A stretch of 59,013 bases of DNA from an uncultured Clostridia bacterium (GTDB lineage: Bacteria; Bacillota; Clostridia; Christensenellales; UBA1242). Below are positions 1 to 9,179 of the stretch, piece by piece. A program made the translations under genes and the position numbers. Every line of letters starts with the position of its first letter. Within the stretch, counting starts at the first letter, position 1. The stretch is taken from positions 1 through 59,013 of the forward strand of contig CALWKI010000025.1 of NCBI GenBank assembly GCA_944381235.1. The letters run 5' to 3'. The notes beneath the pieces are model-generated. The model saw only the letters and a list, made by a program, of their open reading frames with translations. It was not told where the DNA came from and did no database searches.

Positions 1-23
1 TGAAGAAATTAATTTAAAAAATA

Positions 24-346
24 CTACTATGCAAACTTTAAAATCAAATATAATTCAGCAAAAATAAAGGATAATAAAAAAAATACTCTAACTCACTTAA
101 AGTACTATGCAAACTTTTTTACTTTAACAAAAAAAACTATAGAAAAACCTTAACCAAGGTAATATGAAACTACTAAAATAATTCTTAAAGAAAAGGGAAT
201 AGTAGTTTTAAATCCTAGGTACTATGCAAACTTCAAAATATTAAAAATTAAATATACTCATAAAGTTTTACGATTTTTAACCATTATTTTTTTATATTGG
301 TTAAGTACTATGCAAACTTTATCAGATATAAAGTACTATGCAAACT
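24..346 (+). repeat. Cluster of five direct copies of a 15-nt motif GTACTATGCAAACTT in ORF-free AT-rich DNA
   Basis: Copies read directly at 24-38 (first base C), 102-116, 219-233, 305-319 and 333-346 (last base differs). Start-to-start spacing is 78, 117, 86 and 28 nt. No ORF or RBS is associated. Confidence 0.85.
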
Positions 347-791
347 ATTCGTAAAATGTTATATTTTTTACACTCTCACAAATTTTGAATTTTTATTTAC
401 AATAAAAAATTAAATAAAATTCTGAATACACAAATTATAATAATTTTTGACACAGAATTTATCAAAAAAAATAGAAAAATGCTTTAAATTAGAAAGACAG
501 TTTTTTGTACTATTTTTTAATGAAAGGTTATTCATATATTTTATAAAATTCTGTCTGAGAACGCCTTAGACTAATACAAATAGAGTATTATATAAATGAT
601 AAGCCACCAAAATTTTAAAAAGGAATTATATAATAAAAATTATAAAAATTCTGCAATAAACCATAATTAAAATTTATTTGCTTTGTGTAAGACTAAAATT
701 AATTTAAAAAGCGAAAATTTTGTTAATTTTATCATTTTTTACTGTATTTTATGTGTATTTATTCGTAAAACCTGTATTTTACGAATAGTTT
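342..791. repeat. Perfect 16-bp inverted repeat pair (AAACTATTCGTAAAAT at 342-357, reverse complement at 776-791) bounding about 420 bp of non-coding AT-rich DNA; possible MITE-like element
   Basis: Both arms were checked base by base. A nested hairpin lies at 760-787 (TATTCGTAAAA / loop CCTGTA / TTTTACGAATA). The interior carries AAATTCTG at 417-424, 546-553 and 646-653, and its complement at 453-460. Confidence 0.6.
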
Positions 792-830
792 AAAGGATTA
801 AAAAGTAGGAGGAAAACCCCCTTTTATAAC

Positions 831-1568
831 CTAATACAACTCAAGTAAAAAGGCATAATTCTTTAATTCTGCCCTACTCTCTTTCCATGTAGGACAAATT
901 TTTTCTAATTCTATATAAAATTTTGGTGAATGATTTAGTTCTTTAAGGTGAGTTAACTCGTGAAAAATAACAAAATCAACTAATTTTGGTTTCACCATAG
1001 CAAGACGCCAATTTAACTTTATTACTCCAAATCTATCACAACTGCCCCATTTTGCTCTATAACTTCCGATAATTATTTTGCTGACATCATACTTATAATT
1101 TTGAATGATATCTTTAACTCTTTTTATAATTACTCTGTCTGCAATTTCTTTTACAACTTTTTTTACGTAGTATGAGGTTTTGTTAGCCTCATAATATTTT
1201 TTTGGTATAAGAAAGTATTCTTCAGTAAAAGATGGCTTACTTATCTTATTTGTTGGTACAATAACATATTCTTTCCCAAATAAAAGAATACTTTCAAGTT
1301 TCATAACGCTTGAAAATTTACTTGATAAAATTTTTGCTTTATTAATTCTTTTTTCAAGTAGCCTTTCTTTTGATTTTAAAATACTTTCAACTTTTTCAAG
1401 TGCAAGTCCATAAGGACAATATACTGTTATGTCCCCTTCCCTATTAATTGTAATTTTTACACTTTTTCTTTTCTCTCTTATAATACTCGCCTTTTCAATC
1501 ATAATACCTTTAAACCTTATTAATATTCTATCACAAAATATGCTATTAAAAAAATCATTTAAAGTCAA
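831..1568 (-). CDS. YgjP-like metal-dependent hydrolase (DUF45 / SprT-like zinc metallopeptidase fold)
   Basis: C-terminal motif FHELTHLKELNHSPKFY (HExxH plus downstream His) and a length typical of DUF45 proteins. The true start may be the internal Met (MIEKAS, about nt 1502). Confidence 0.75.
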   Translation of the reverse strand: MTLNDFFNSIFCDRILIRFKGIMIEKASIIREKRKSVKITINREGDITVYCPYGLALEKVESILKSKERLLEKRINKAKILSSKFSSVMKLESILLFGKEYVIVPTNKISKPSFTEEYFLIPKKYYEANKTSYYVKKVVKEIADRVIIKRVKDIIQNYKYDVSKIIIGSYRAKWGSCDRFGVIKLNWRLAMVKPKLVDFVIFHELTHLKELNHSPKFYIELEKICPTWKESRAELKNYAFLLELY

Positions 1569-1574
1569 ATTTTG

Positions 1575-1603
1575 TTGACTAAAAATAAACTATTTTGTAA
1601 TAT
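1575..1603 (+). promoter_or_regulatory. Sigma-A type promoter for the PadR/ABC operon
   Basis: TTGACT (1575-1580), 17-nt spacer, TAATAT (1598-1603) preceded by an extended -10 TG. It lies about 80 nt upstream of the 1683 start. Confidence 0.6.
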
Positions 1604-1682
1604 ATAATTATATCTTAGAAGAAAATTTTTATACAGAATTATGCTTGTTGATTTTATGTTAAACAATTTAAGAAGGTGAAAA

Positions 1683-3362
1683 ATGTCCGACTTTTCTGAT
1701 AATAAAGCATCTAGAGGCAGTATTGCACAGATAATTATTACCGCCCTAAGCAGCGGAGATAAATATGGTTACGAAATATGTAAGGAAATTGAAAGGTTGT
1801 CAAACGGCGTTTTAATTTTAAAACAACCAAGTTTGTATAGTAGTTTACGTCGCATGGAAGAGCAAGACCTCATTTCTTCATATTGGCAAGATAGCGATAT
1901 TGGTGGAAAACGCCATTACTACTCCCTAACCGAGAAAGGTAAAGAAATTTATGAGCAAAATAAAGATACTCTTAATATGGACGATTTAATTAATAACCTT
2001 CCTCTTAACGAATTAGATTTAGAGTCTTCCCCACTTTCTACCAATAAAAATGAAAACTCAACAACTATTGCGAGCCAGGAAAATTTATTTAACATTGTCA
2101 ATAAGTCTAATGAAATAAAATTAATTAAAGACGACGAAATTGAAAATAAAAATAAATCTTTTGTACAGTTTGATCTTTTTGACCAAAAAATAAATTTCAT
2201 TAAAGACGATTCAAAAAACATAGATAAAGTAAGTCTATACTCAAATAAATATGAAGATCTGGACAAGCATAATGAGGAGATTGAACCTAGACAAAATGAC
2301 CTAATTTATGAGCCAGTGAAAGAAAACAAAATAGACGAAACAATAAAAGAAAATATAATAGACAAACCTATAGAAGAAGATATAGTAAGTCATGACCTAA
2401 AAGTTGAACCAATCACGCGTGACTCAATTTTTGGTTCGAAAAATGTTGAATTTGAAGCAAAAATTGAAACAAATATTATAGATAACGCAACTGAAAACCT
2501 AGACTCCTCTTTTATTGTTGATGAGTCTAAACCTATTATTGAGGACGAGAAAAAGGAAGAGAAAATAAAATATGACTCCTCAAAAATTGTGTGGGAAGAC
2601 ATTTCTTCTAATAGCAAAGATGATGAAGCGTTAAGGCAAAAATCAAATGATTATAAAAGCGTAATAGGTCAATTATACAACGACTCTAAACTCCCTGACC
2701 CATACGAAGAAAATAAATTCTATACTTTTAAAGAGATCTTCCCTTCTGCACAAGTTGAAGAGGCTCACAAGGAAATCGAAAAAAAACAGAGTGAAATTGA
2801 TTTTTTTGTAACTGAAAAGAATAAAACAAATAACTTAGACAATTTAAAGACTCTAAATAACCAATTTGAGTCTCATGGACTTAAAATTAAACTACATAAG
2901 AACGAAAATAATAAAAATAACTTAAGACTATATTCTGATATAAATAAACTTAATATGATGACGTCTTGCTTTGTTTCCATTATAATGATGTTAGAAATGA
3001 TTCTTTCTTATGTTTTATTAGACAACTATAATTACGTTAGAAGCAAACAGTCTCTTATGTTCTTCTTAGGTGGTTCTATAGCGCTAAGTTTGCTTATAGT
3101 ATCCTTGCTTCATAATTTATTTGATAGGTTTAAATTAATAATAATAAAACGGCAATTTAAAAGGGATTTTATAAAAGCCTTTTTAGTTTTTATTTTTATT
3201 TGCGTTTTAACATTTGCTGTTTGTTTAATTTGTGGAATGCAAAGTTTAGGTCAAGTCGAGTTCTTAAGTTATTGGCTAGTCCCTATTTTAGTTGCATCAA
3301 ACATCATTACCTATTGCTTAATATTTCATTCCTTACTAAAATCCAGACACTATAATAACTAA
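1683..3362 (+). CDS. Membrane-anchored PadR-family transcriptional regulator (N-terminal winged HTH, long acidic low-complexity linker, four C-terminal TM helices)
   Basis: The N-terminal ~95 aa carry the PadR pattern (YGYEICKEI...QPSLYSSLRRMEEQDLISSYW...GGKRHYYSLTEKGKE). Residues ~100-420 are D/E/K/N/I-rich. The last ~130 aa contain four hydrophobic segments. An RBS GAAGGTG lies upstream. Confidence 0.7.
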   Translation: MSDFSDNKASRGSIAQIIITALSSGDKYGYEICKEIERLSNGVLILKQPSLYSSLRRMEEQDLISSYWQDSDIGGKRHYYSLTEKGKEIYEQNKDTLNMDDLINNLPLNELDLESSPLSTNKNENSTTIASQENLFNIVNKSNEIKLIKDDEIENKNKSFVQFDLFDQKINFIKDDSKNIDKVSLYSNKYEDLDKHNEEIEPRQNDLIYEPVKENKIDETIKENIIDKPIEEDIVSHDLKVEPITRDSIFGSKNVEFEAKIETNIIDNATENLDSSFIVDESKPIIEDEKKEEKIKYDSSKIVWEDISSNSKDDEALRQKSNDYKSVIGQLYNDSKLPDPYEENKFYTFKEIFPSAQVEEAHKEIEKKQSEIDFFVTEKNKTNNLDNLKTLNNQFESHGLKIKLHKNENNKNNLRLYSDINKLNMMTSCFVSIIMMLEMILSYVLLDNYNYVRSKQSLMFFLGGSIALSLLIVSLLHNLFDRFKLIIIKRQFKRDFIKAFLVFIFICVLTFAVCLICGMQSLGQVEFLSYWLVPILVASNIITYCLIFHSLLKSRHYNN

Positions 3363-3409
3363 AATTTTTTGTTTATAAAGGTACATACTATTTAAATGGA
3401 GTAAAAATT

Positions 3410-4351
3410 TTGAATAAAGTTGTTTTAAAAGTAAAAAATTTAACAAAAAGGTTTAATAATAGAGTGGCTGTAAATAACCTCACCCTAGATGTTTTTGAGG
3501 GTGAGATTTTTGGTTTTTTAGGTCCAAACGGAGCCGGAAAAACAACTGCAATTAGAATGATAACTGGTCTTGCAAAAATGGATAGTGGTGATGTTTACAT
3601 TTGTGGCAAATCAATAAAAACCGATTTTGAAAAAGCAATTATAAATGTGGGCGGTATAATTGAAAATCCCGAAATGTATAAAAATTTCTCGGGTCTTGAC
3701 AATTTAAAATATTATGCAAGTCTTTATAATGATATACCAAAAGAAAGAATAATGCACATAGTTGAACTTGTTGACTTAAAGGATAGAATAAAAGACAAAG
3801 TTAAAACTTATTCTTTAGGAATGAAACAAAGGCTTGGGATTGCTCAAGCACTACTTCATTACCCTAAACTTTTAATTTTAGACGAGCCAACAAATGGGCT
3901 TGATCCAAAAGGAATTATTGACCTAAGGAGGTTCCTAAAAAAAATATCACAAAAAGACAAAATGGCGATTCTAATAAGTAGCCATAATTTAAACGAAATG
4001 GAACTTCTTTGCGATAGAATTGGTATAATTAATCATGGTACGCTTGAAAGTATAAAAGTACTTGACGACCTAAAAAAATATAATGATAATGGTCAAATAA
4101 TATTAAAGGTCAACTTCCCTAATTATGCAGGAAAAATTATAGCAAAAAAATACAACACCGATAAAATTTCAATTTATAAAAACACATTAACAGTTGCCTT
4201 AGACAAAAGCGTTATCCCAGAACTAACTGTATTATTAATTTCAAATGGTATAGCCATTTATTCTATATCAAATCAAACAAAGACGTTAGAAGATGTATTT
4301 CTTGACACTGTTAACAGACGTGCACTTCCTGCCCCAAAAGGAGATAAATAA
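3410..4351 (+). CDS. ABC transporter ATP-binding protein (ABC-2 type)
   Basis: Walker A GPNGAGKTT, signature YSLGMKQRL, Walker B LLILDEPT and H-loop SSHNL. TTG start with GGAG upstream. Confidence 0.9.
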   Translation: MNKVVLKVKNLTKRFNNRVAVNNLTLDVFEGEIFGFLGPNGAGKTTAIRMITGLAKMDSGDVYICGKSIKTDFEKAIINVGGIIENPEMYKNFSGLDNLKYYASLYNDIPKERIMHIVELVDLKDRIKDKVKTYSLGMKQRLGIAQALLHYPKLLILDEPTNGLDPKGIIDLRRFLKKISQKDKMAILISSHNLNEMELLCDRIGIINHGTLESIKVLDDLKKYNDNGQIILKVNFPNYAGKIIAKKYNTDKISIYKNTLTVALDKSVIPELTVLLISNGIAIYSISNQTKTLEDVFLDTVNRRALPAPKGDK

Positions 4352-6090
4352 TGTTTAAAACTTCCAAGCTATTTAAAGGCGAAATCAAAAAAATTTTTTT
4401 TGGTCCCGGTATGATTCTAATGGCAGGGATCTTTCTACTCGCTCTTGCACTATTCCCTTCTCTATTTTCTCCTAGTGAAAGAAAAACAATCACCACAGAA
4501 ATAAATTTGTCTTCTACAAGCATTTCTGAGGCAAATAGTTCTTTTTTGTCTTATAAAAACATTTATGAAAATGATCTCAGTTCTTTATATAACGAGGTAA
4601 ATACGCTTGTTGAGTATAATGAAAATTTTAAGGAAAATTTAATAAGTTTGGCAGACGAGCTATATAACTTAAGACTTTCTTTTGCAAGTGCGGCAAATGT
4701 TGAGAATATAGATGGACCAAATGGTTGTTTTTCATTGCATTTAAGTCTTATTGAAAAGGTTAATGAACTAAAAAACTTATATAATTCCTACATAAATGAT
4801 TATTTTATTCCACTTATACTTGTTAATGAAGATTTAGATTTTCAAATCAATATGGAATTAAACCTATTAATAAATGTCCTAACTGAAAATACAGACATAA
4901 GCGGTTCGATTGATTTTTATAATAGATTAAACCTTACTCTTGACGAATATGGAAGCGTTAGTAAAATTAAGGATCTTTTTGCCAAAGTAAATTCAGTTAC
5001 TTATTCAAGTACAAATTTAACTGATATTTTAAATAACTATTACACCTCAAAGGATAGTTATCTACAAGATTTACTATCTCAAATGAATAATATTATCGAC
5101 ATAAGTAGCAGTTCTGAAGAAGATGCCAATAGTAGAGAAAGTTTTATTAATCTTGCTAAACATTACTTATATACTCTAAGTTATCTTAATGTTTCAATTA
5201 AAAATTCAGTTTTATTAGAGATATCAAATCACTACTCTGATAGCACTTTGTCAAATTATTTAGGCTTTGAAAATTTTAACTCATATGAACTTTCAGAAAA
5301 CCGCGCAAGGTCAGACTACTATTTAGAAAATAACTTAATTGAAGAAGAAATATCAAATGTTTTTATGTTTAATACGAACTCCTCAACTACTACCAACGCA
5401 TTTGATTATATGTACTTTTCTATGGAAGTTATAAGTATTTTTATAGTTGCATTTACAGTTATTATAGGCGCAGGTATGATTTCAAAGGAATATAGTGACG
5501 GAACAATAAAACTACTTGCTATTAGGCCTTATAAGAGAAGTAAAATAATGCTTGCAAAAATTATGGCAACGCTTTTTATATCCTTCCTTTTTGTTATGAT
5601 TGCAGTTATAATGTCTACAATAATTGGAATTATAATCTATGGAATAACCTTCCCTTCTATGCTTGTAGTGTTTAATGCTCAAGTGACATTTACTTTGCCA
5701 ATTTGGGTTGTGTTTTTAATTTATTTACTTTGCCTAATAATAAAAATATCAATTTACTCTTTACTTGCTATAGCAATATCAACTATATTTAAGTCTTACG
5801 TTGTATCAGTATGTGTTAGTAGCGGAATATATTTATTAAATATTATCTTAACTTTTGTATCAAATGGCGCAAGTTGGCTTAAATTTAACCCTTTTGCAAA
5901 CCTAGACTTATTTAAATATTTTGGTGGCAGTTTTATATCAAACACAAATTCTAGTAATATAACAAGCCTGTTTTATTCCCCAGTCTTTGCAGACACAAGC
6001 ATCTGGCTTTCAATTACAATAATTCTAGTTTTCGCCGTTGTACTAAATATTTTAATATTTACCATTTTTAAAAAGCGTGATATAACTTGA
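4351..6090 (+). CDS. ABC-2 family permease with a large (~340 aa) N-terminal extracytoplasmic domain
   Basis: The ATG overlaps the upstream stop (TAATG), which suggests translational coupling. One N-terminal TM is followed by a long soluble region and then about five hydrophobic helices in the last 220 aa. Confidence 0.7.
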   Translation: MFKTSKLFKGEIKKIFFGPGMILMAGIFLLALALFPSLFSPSERKTITTEINLSSTSISEANSSFLSYKNIYENDLSSLYNEVNTLVEYNENFKENLISLADELYNLRLSFASAANVENIDGPNGCFSLHLSLIEKVNELKNLYNSYINDYFIPLILVNEDLDFQINMELNLLINVLTENTDISGSIDFYNRLNLTLDEYGSVSKIKDLFAKVNSVTYSSTNLTDILNNYYTSKDSYLQDLLSQMNNIIDISSSSEEDANSRESFINLAKHYLYTLSYLNVSIKNSVLLEISNHYSDSTLSNYLGFENFNSYELSENRARSDYYLENNLIEEEISNVFMFNTNSSTTTNAFDYMYFSMEVISIFIVAFTVIIGAGMISKEYSDGTIKLLAIRPYKRSKIMLAKIMATLFISFLFVMIAVIMSTIIGIIIYGITFPSMLVVFNAQVTFTLPIWVVFLIYLLCLIIKISIYSLLAIAISTIFKSYVVSVCVSSGIYLLNIILTFVSNGASWLKFNPFANLDLFKYFGGSFISNTNSSNITSLFYSPVFADTSIWLSITIILVFAVVLNILIFTIFKKRDIT

Positions 6091-6271
6091 AGCATCTAAA
6101 AAAGGTCACTTTAATCTAAATTTACTACTATCACAAAAGAATTAAACATAAATTTTAAAAATAAGTAGTTTATCCAAAATAAAATTTCAAGTTTATTAAA
6201 AGTGACCCCACTTTTTCTCTTAGTTACCTTGTAAATTTTATTTAAAGTGCATAAAAAGTAACAATTATTTT

Positions 6272-6320
6272 GAAGTAAACCTCAAAAGATTAGAAATCTA
6301 AGAGGTTTACTTCATTTTTA
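6272..6320 (+). terminator. Rho-independent terminator of the PadR-ABC operon
   Basis: Perfect 12-bp stem GAAGTAAACCTC (6272-6283) / GAGGTTTACTTC (6302-6313) followed by ATTTTTA. Confidence 0.75.
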
Positions 6321-6450
6321 TAATTACTACTTTTTCTTTATGTACTCTTTGTTTGAAATTCATTTTTTAATTTTTATTACAAATTGAATAAGTTTTTATT
6401 ATTATTTTTTTATCACTCAAAAATAAGTAAATTCAGCTTAATTGCTAAAA

Positions 6451-6891
6451 CTAATTGCCTAATTTTGCAATTTCAGAACGCGCTATCTTATCACACCTAT
6501 TATTTTTTTCGTTGTCAGCATGTCCCTTAACTTTTATAAATTCAACCTTATGCTCCGTTAAAAGATTTATTAGTTCAAGCCACAAATCTTTATTTAACAC
6601 CTCTTTTTTGTTAGAATTTCTCCAACTATTAACTTGCCACGACATAAGCCAATTATTATTAATTGCATTACAAACATAGGCAGAGTCACTATACAATTTA
6701 ACATTACATTTTTCTTTTAATGCTTTAAGCGCAACAATAACCGCCATTAATTCCATTCTATTATTTGTTGTTCGTGCTTCTCCACCGGAAATGATTTTTT
6801 CTATACCATTATAATTTAATATTGCACAAAAGCCCCCTGGCCCAGGATTGCCCGAACAAGCACCATCGGTATATATTTCTATTTCTTTCAT
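6451..6891 (-). CDS. rnhA: Ribonuclease HI
   Basis: YTDGACSGNPGPGG, NNRMEL, YSDSAYV and GHADNEKNNRCDKIA match the RNase H catalytic D-E-D-D layout. Length 146 aa. Confidence 0.9.
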   Translation of the reverse strand: MKEIEIYTDGACSGNPGPGGFCAILNYNGIEKIISGGEARTTNNRMELMAVIVALKALKEKCNVKLYSDSAYVCNAINNNWLMSWQVNSWRNSNKKEVLNKDLWLELINLLTEHKVEFIKVKGHADNEKNNRCDKIARSEIAKLGN

Positions 6892-7131
6892 ATGTTTATT
6901 ATAATAATTTAGAAATTGTTTTGCAATTTTTTTTGCTTCTTTTATTTAATAAAAATTAGAAAAGTTTAAATACTACTCTTATTCTTTTGCAAAACTAGAC
7001 TTATTTTTTAATTTAGATCCAAAATAGGATAGGTAGCAAAATAACAAGCGAAGTATATACACATATAACACGAGAAGAATTAATCAAAAATTGTAATAAA
7101 ATTAATTAAAAATTCTACTCAAATTCTACTC

Positions 7132-7163
7132 AAAAAAAAGAAGATTGAAAAATCAACCTTCTT
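7132..7163 (-). terminator. Rho-independent terminator downstream of tRNA-Trp
   Basis: On the minus strand: AAGAAGGTTGA / TCAATCTTCTT stem (one mismatch) followed by a run of 8 T. Confidence 0.65.
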
Positions 7164-7219
7164 GAAACACTTCATATAGTATTTGCCAAAGAGAATAAAA
7201 ATACAATATGTTGTGTTTC

Positions 7220-7293
7220 TGGCAGGGGAAGAGGGATTCGAACCCCCATCGATGGTTTTGGAGACCATAGCTCTACCATTGAACTATTCCCCT
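7220..7293 (-). tRNA. trnW: tRNA-Trp (anticodon CCA)
   Basis: Minus-strand sequence AGGGGAATAGTTCAATGGTAGAGCTATGGTCTCCAAAACCATCGATGGGGGTTCGAATCCCTCTTCCCCTGCCA folds as a cloverleaf. Anticodon loop CTCCAAA. CCA is encoded. Confidence 0.95.
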
Positions 7294-7309
7294 AAATTAA
7301 AACATTATT

Positions 7310-7338
7310 AGTTTACAACAATGTTTTAATTTTGTCAA
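7310..7338 (-). promoter_or_regulatory. Sigma-A type promoter for tRNA-Trp
   Basis: Minus strand: TTGACA (7338-7333), 17-nt spacer, TAAACT (7315-7310). The tRNA begins about 17 nt downstream. Confidence 0.55.
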
Positions 7339-7521
7339 ATATTTACCAGCAAATACAAAATTTTTATTATAATAAATTTTATATTTTTACTAATTAAATA
7401 TTCCTTTTATAAATAAATTGTTCTTATAAAAGAAAGCCCCTTTAATTATTAAAATTAGGATAAAAAACTCACAAGCAATGACAACTCTATTTTTTGTTAG
7501 TAAAGAATTTTAAAACCCATT

Positions 7522-9075
7522 TTATTTTGCCACGTCTGAGGCACGAGTTTCACGAATAACGTTAACCTTAATTTGTCCAGGATATTGTAATTCACTTTCA
7601 ATTTTTCTTGCAATATCTTTAGCTAAAAACACCATAGCATTATCACTTACCTCATTTGGCTTTACAATAATCCTAATTTCCCTACCAGCTTGTATAGCGT
7701 AAGACTTTTCAACACCTTTAAAACTATTTGCAATTTTTTCAAGGTTTTCAAGCCTTTTAATATACGCATCAAGAAGTTCCCTTCTTGCCCCAGGTCTACT
7801 GCTGGATATAGCGTCTGCTGTCTGAACAATAATCGCCTCAAGTGAACGAAATTCAACGTCTCCATGATGCGCCTCAATACAGTGAATTACCTCTTGTGAC
7901 TCTCTATATTTTTTTGCAAGTTCGACTCCTATTGACACATGCGTCCCTTCTTGCTCCTGGTCAAGTGCCTTACCTATATCATGAAGCAAGCCTCCACGCT
8001 TTGCAATTTTAGCGTTAGCACCAAGTTCTTCTGCAAGTAACCCTGCCAAATGGCAAACTTCTAGGCTATGCTTTAGTACATTTTGGCCATAACTAGTTCT
8101 AAACTTAAGCCTACCAAGAACCTTTACAAGTTCTGGATGTAAACCAATTATTCCTGCCTCATAAACCGCGTTTTCACCCGCTTCTTTTACCATTGCATCA
8201 ACATCTTTTTGTGCCTTTTCTACAATTTCCTCAATACGTGCAGGATGAATTCTTCCGTCAAGAATTAGTTTCTCTAGCGCAACCCTTGCAATTTCTCTTC
8301 TGTAAGGGTCAAATGCGGATAATACAACCGCCTCAGGTGTATCATCTATAATAAGGTCAACCCCTGTCGCATTTTCTATAGCACGAATATTTCTTCCTTC
8401 CCTACCTATAATTCTTCCTTTTAACTCATCATTTGGTAAAGGAACAACTGTGACTGTAATTTCAGATGTAATATTTGTAGCACATCTTTGTACAGCAAGA
8501 GTTAAAACCTCTCGCGCCTTTTTCTCAGCAGTATCAACCGCCTCATCCTCCATTTTTCTAACTAGGCTAGCACAATCAAGTTTTGCTTGCTCAACAAACA
8601 TATCCGTAAGTTGTTTTTTTGCCTCGTCTCTTGTCATGCCAGAAACTTTTTCGAGTGCAAGCGCAACCTTTTCATTTGATTTATTAAGTTCTTCTTGTGC
8701 CCTCTCAAGTTCTAGTTCTTTTTCTTGTACTTGATTAAAAGTTGTGTCTAGTGTCTCCGCCCTTTTATCTAGTGCTTCCTCCTTTCTTGTTAAAGATTCT
8801 TCTTTTAAAAGCAAACGACTTTCAGATTTAGAAATTTCATTATAACGTTCAGCAATCTCCGCATCACACTTTTCCTTAAGATTATGAATTTCCTCTTTTG
8901 CCTCTAGTATTGCTTCTTTTTTTGCCGTTTTTGCCTCAGCATAGGCGTTTTCAAGTATCTTAGCTGCGTTGCTTCTTGACTGAGATGATTTTCTAAAGAA
9001 TAAAAAAAATGTTAATCCTACACCACCACCTAAACATAGAACACAAGCAACTAAAAGCCATGCAAAATGTATCAT
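7522..9075 (-). CDS. rny: Ribonuclease Y (N-terminal TM anchor, coiled coil, KH and HD domains)
   Basis: The N-terminal TM is followed by an E/K-rich coiled coil. KH motif [12 protein letters not shown] and HD motif LLHDIGK...HH are present. Length 517 aa. Confidence 0.95.
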   Translation of the reverse strand: MIHFAWLLVACVLCLGGGVGLTFFLFFRKSSQSRSNAAKILENAYAEAKTAKKEAILEAKEEIHNLKEKCDAEIAERYNEISKSESRLLLKEESLTRKEEALDKRAETLDTTFNQVQEKELELERAQEELNKSNEKVALALEKVSGMTRDEAKKQLTDMFVEQAKLDCASLVRKMEDEAVDTAEKKAREVLTLAVQRCATNITSEITVTVVPLPNDELKGRIIGREGRNIRAIENATGVDLIIDDTPEAVVLSAFDPYRREIARVALEKLILDGRIHPARIEEIVEKAQKDVDAMVKEAGENAVYEAGIIGLHPELVKVLGRLKFRTSYGQNVLKHSLEVCHLAGLLAEELGANAKIAKRGGLLHDIGKALDQEQEGTHVSIGVELAKKYRESQEVIHCIEAHHGDVEFRSLEAIIVQTADAISSSRPGARRELLDAYIKRLENLEKIANSFKGVEKSYAIQAGREIRIIVKPNEVSDNAMVFLAKDIARKIESELQYPGQIKVNVIRETRASDVAK

Positions 9076-9150
9076 TTAGTTACTCTTCCTTTTTTAAAAT
9101 TTATCAAAATTCAATAAGAATGAAATATACTTATATTTTTGACTATTTTA

Positions 9151-9179
9151 AGTTTAACAATATAAAGAGCTGTTGTCAA
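9151..9179 (-). promoter_or_regulatory. Sigma-A type promoter for rny
   Basis: Minus strand: TTGACA (9179-9174), 17-nt spacer, TAAACT (9156-9151). Confidence 0.55.

Noticed and set aside
205-235. dif/Xer recombination site: TATGCAAACT resembles the XerD arm TTATGTAAACT, and copy 3 is preceded by TCCTAG as in B. subtilis dif (recalled from memory)
   Set aside because: CCTAG and TG are 6 nt apart here, compared with 11 nt in dif. The other copies lack the left arm, and five tandem dif sites would make no sense.
24-346. Possible CRISPR array formed by the repeated GTACTATGCAAACTT motif
   Set aside because: The conserved unit is only about 15-18 nt and the spacing is highly irregular (28 to 117 nt). 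There are no cas genes in the window, and the flanks do not extend the repeat to CRISPR length.
803-830. AGGAGG at 806-811 on the plus strand as a ribosome-binding site for an unannotated gene
   Set aside because: There is no ATG, GTG or TTG within 5-12 nt downstream. On the minus strand the same bases form a short hairpin (AGGGGG/CCTCCT) plus a T-run just after the DUF45 stop, so it is more likely a weak terminator.
1949-2617. Track ORFs antisense to the PadR gene (1949-2266, 2390-2617), and similar antisense or overlapping ORFs elsewhere (4311-4523, 6455-6679, 7662-7877, 8450-8734, 9306-9497, 10477-11638, 12598-12792, 13495-13779, 14457-15068, 16317-16631, 17582-17953, 19959-20159, 21538-21765, 22281-22530, 23218-23415, 26343-26591, 26959-27144, 27860-28087, 28873-29082, 30736-30918, 32306-32545, 33598-33846, 33887-34117, 35909-36292, 38492-38821, 39320-39529, 40153-40454, 42345-42587, 43782-44121, 45148-45384, 48180-48392, 48926-49192, 57091-57354, 58350-59003)
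   Set aside because: Each lies inside, and mostly opposite to, a longer gene with clear family motifs. They lack RBSs and have Ser/Leu/Phe-rich low-complexity translations typical of shadow frames in AT-rich DNA.
7111-7132. Tandem duplication AATTCTACTCA x2 upstream of the tRNA-Trp terminator
   Set aside because: Only two 11-bp units in AT-rich spacer DNA with no associated structure or ORF, most simply explained by replication slippage.
7296-7340. Perfect 10-bp hairpin TTAAAACATT/AATGTTTTAA as a terminator for rny
   Set aside because: It has no T-run on the relevant strand. It sits exactly within the spacer and -10 region of a good TTGACA-17-TAAACT promoter for tRNA-Trp, so it is probably incidental or at most an operator.
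7522-9075. Elevated GC in rny, and similarly in spoVAD, spoVAC, aspS and ynbB, as a sign of horizontal transfer. My hand counts of single 60-nt lines gave about 33-48 percent, against about 17-25 percent in polA and the lipoprotein gene.
   Set aside because: The GC-richer patches coincide with the most conserved, Gly/Ala/Arg-rich proteins, which sit in native conserved synteny with no flanking mobile-element features. Amino-acid constraint is the simpler explanation. Proper windowed GC and codon statistics would be needed to revisit this.
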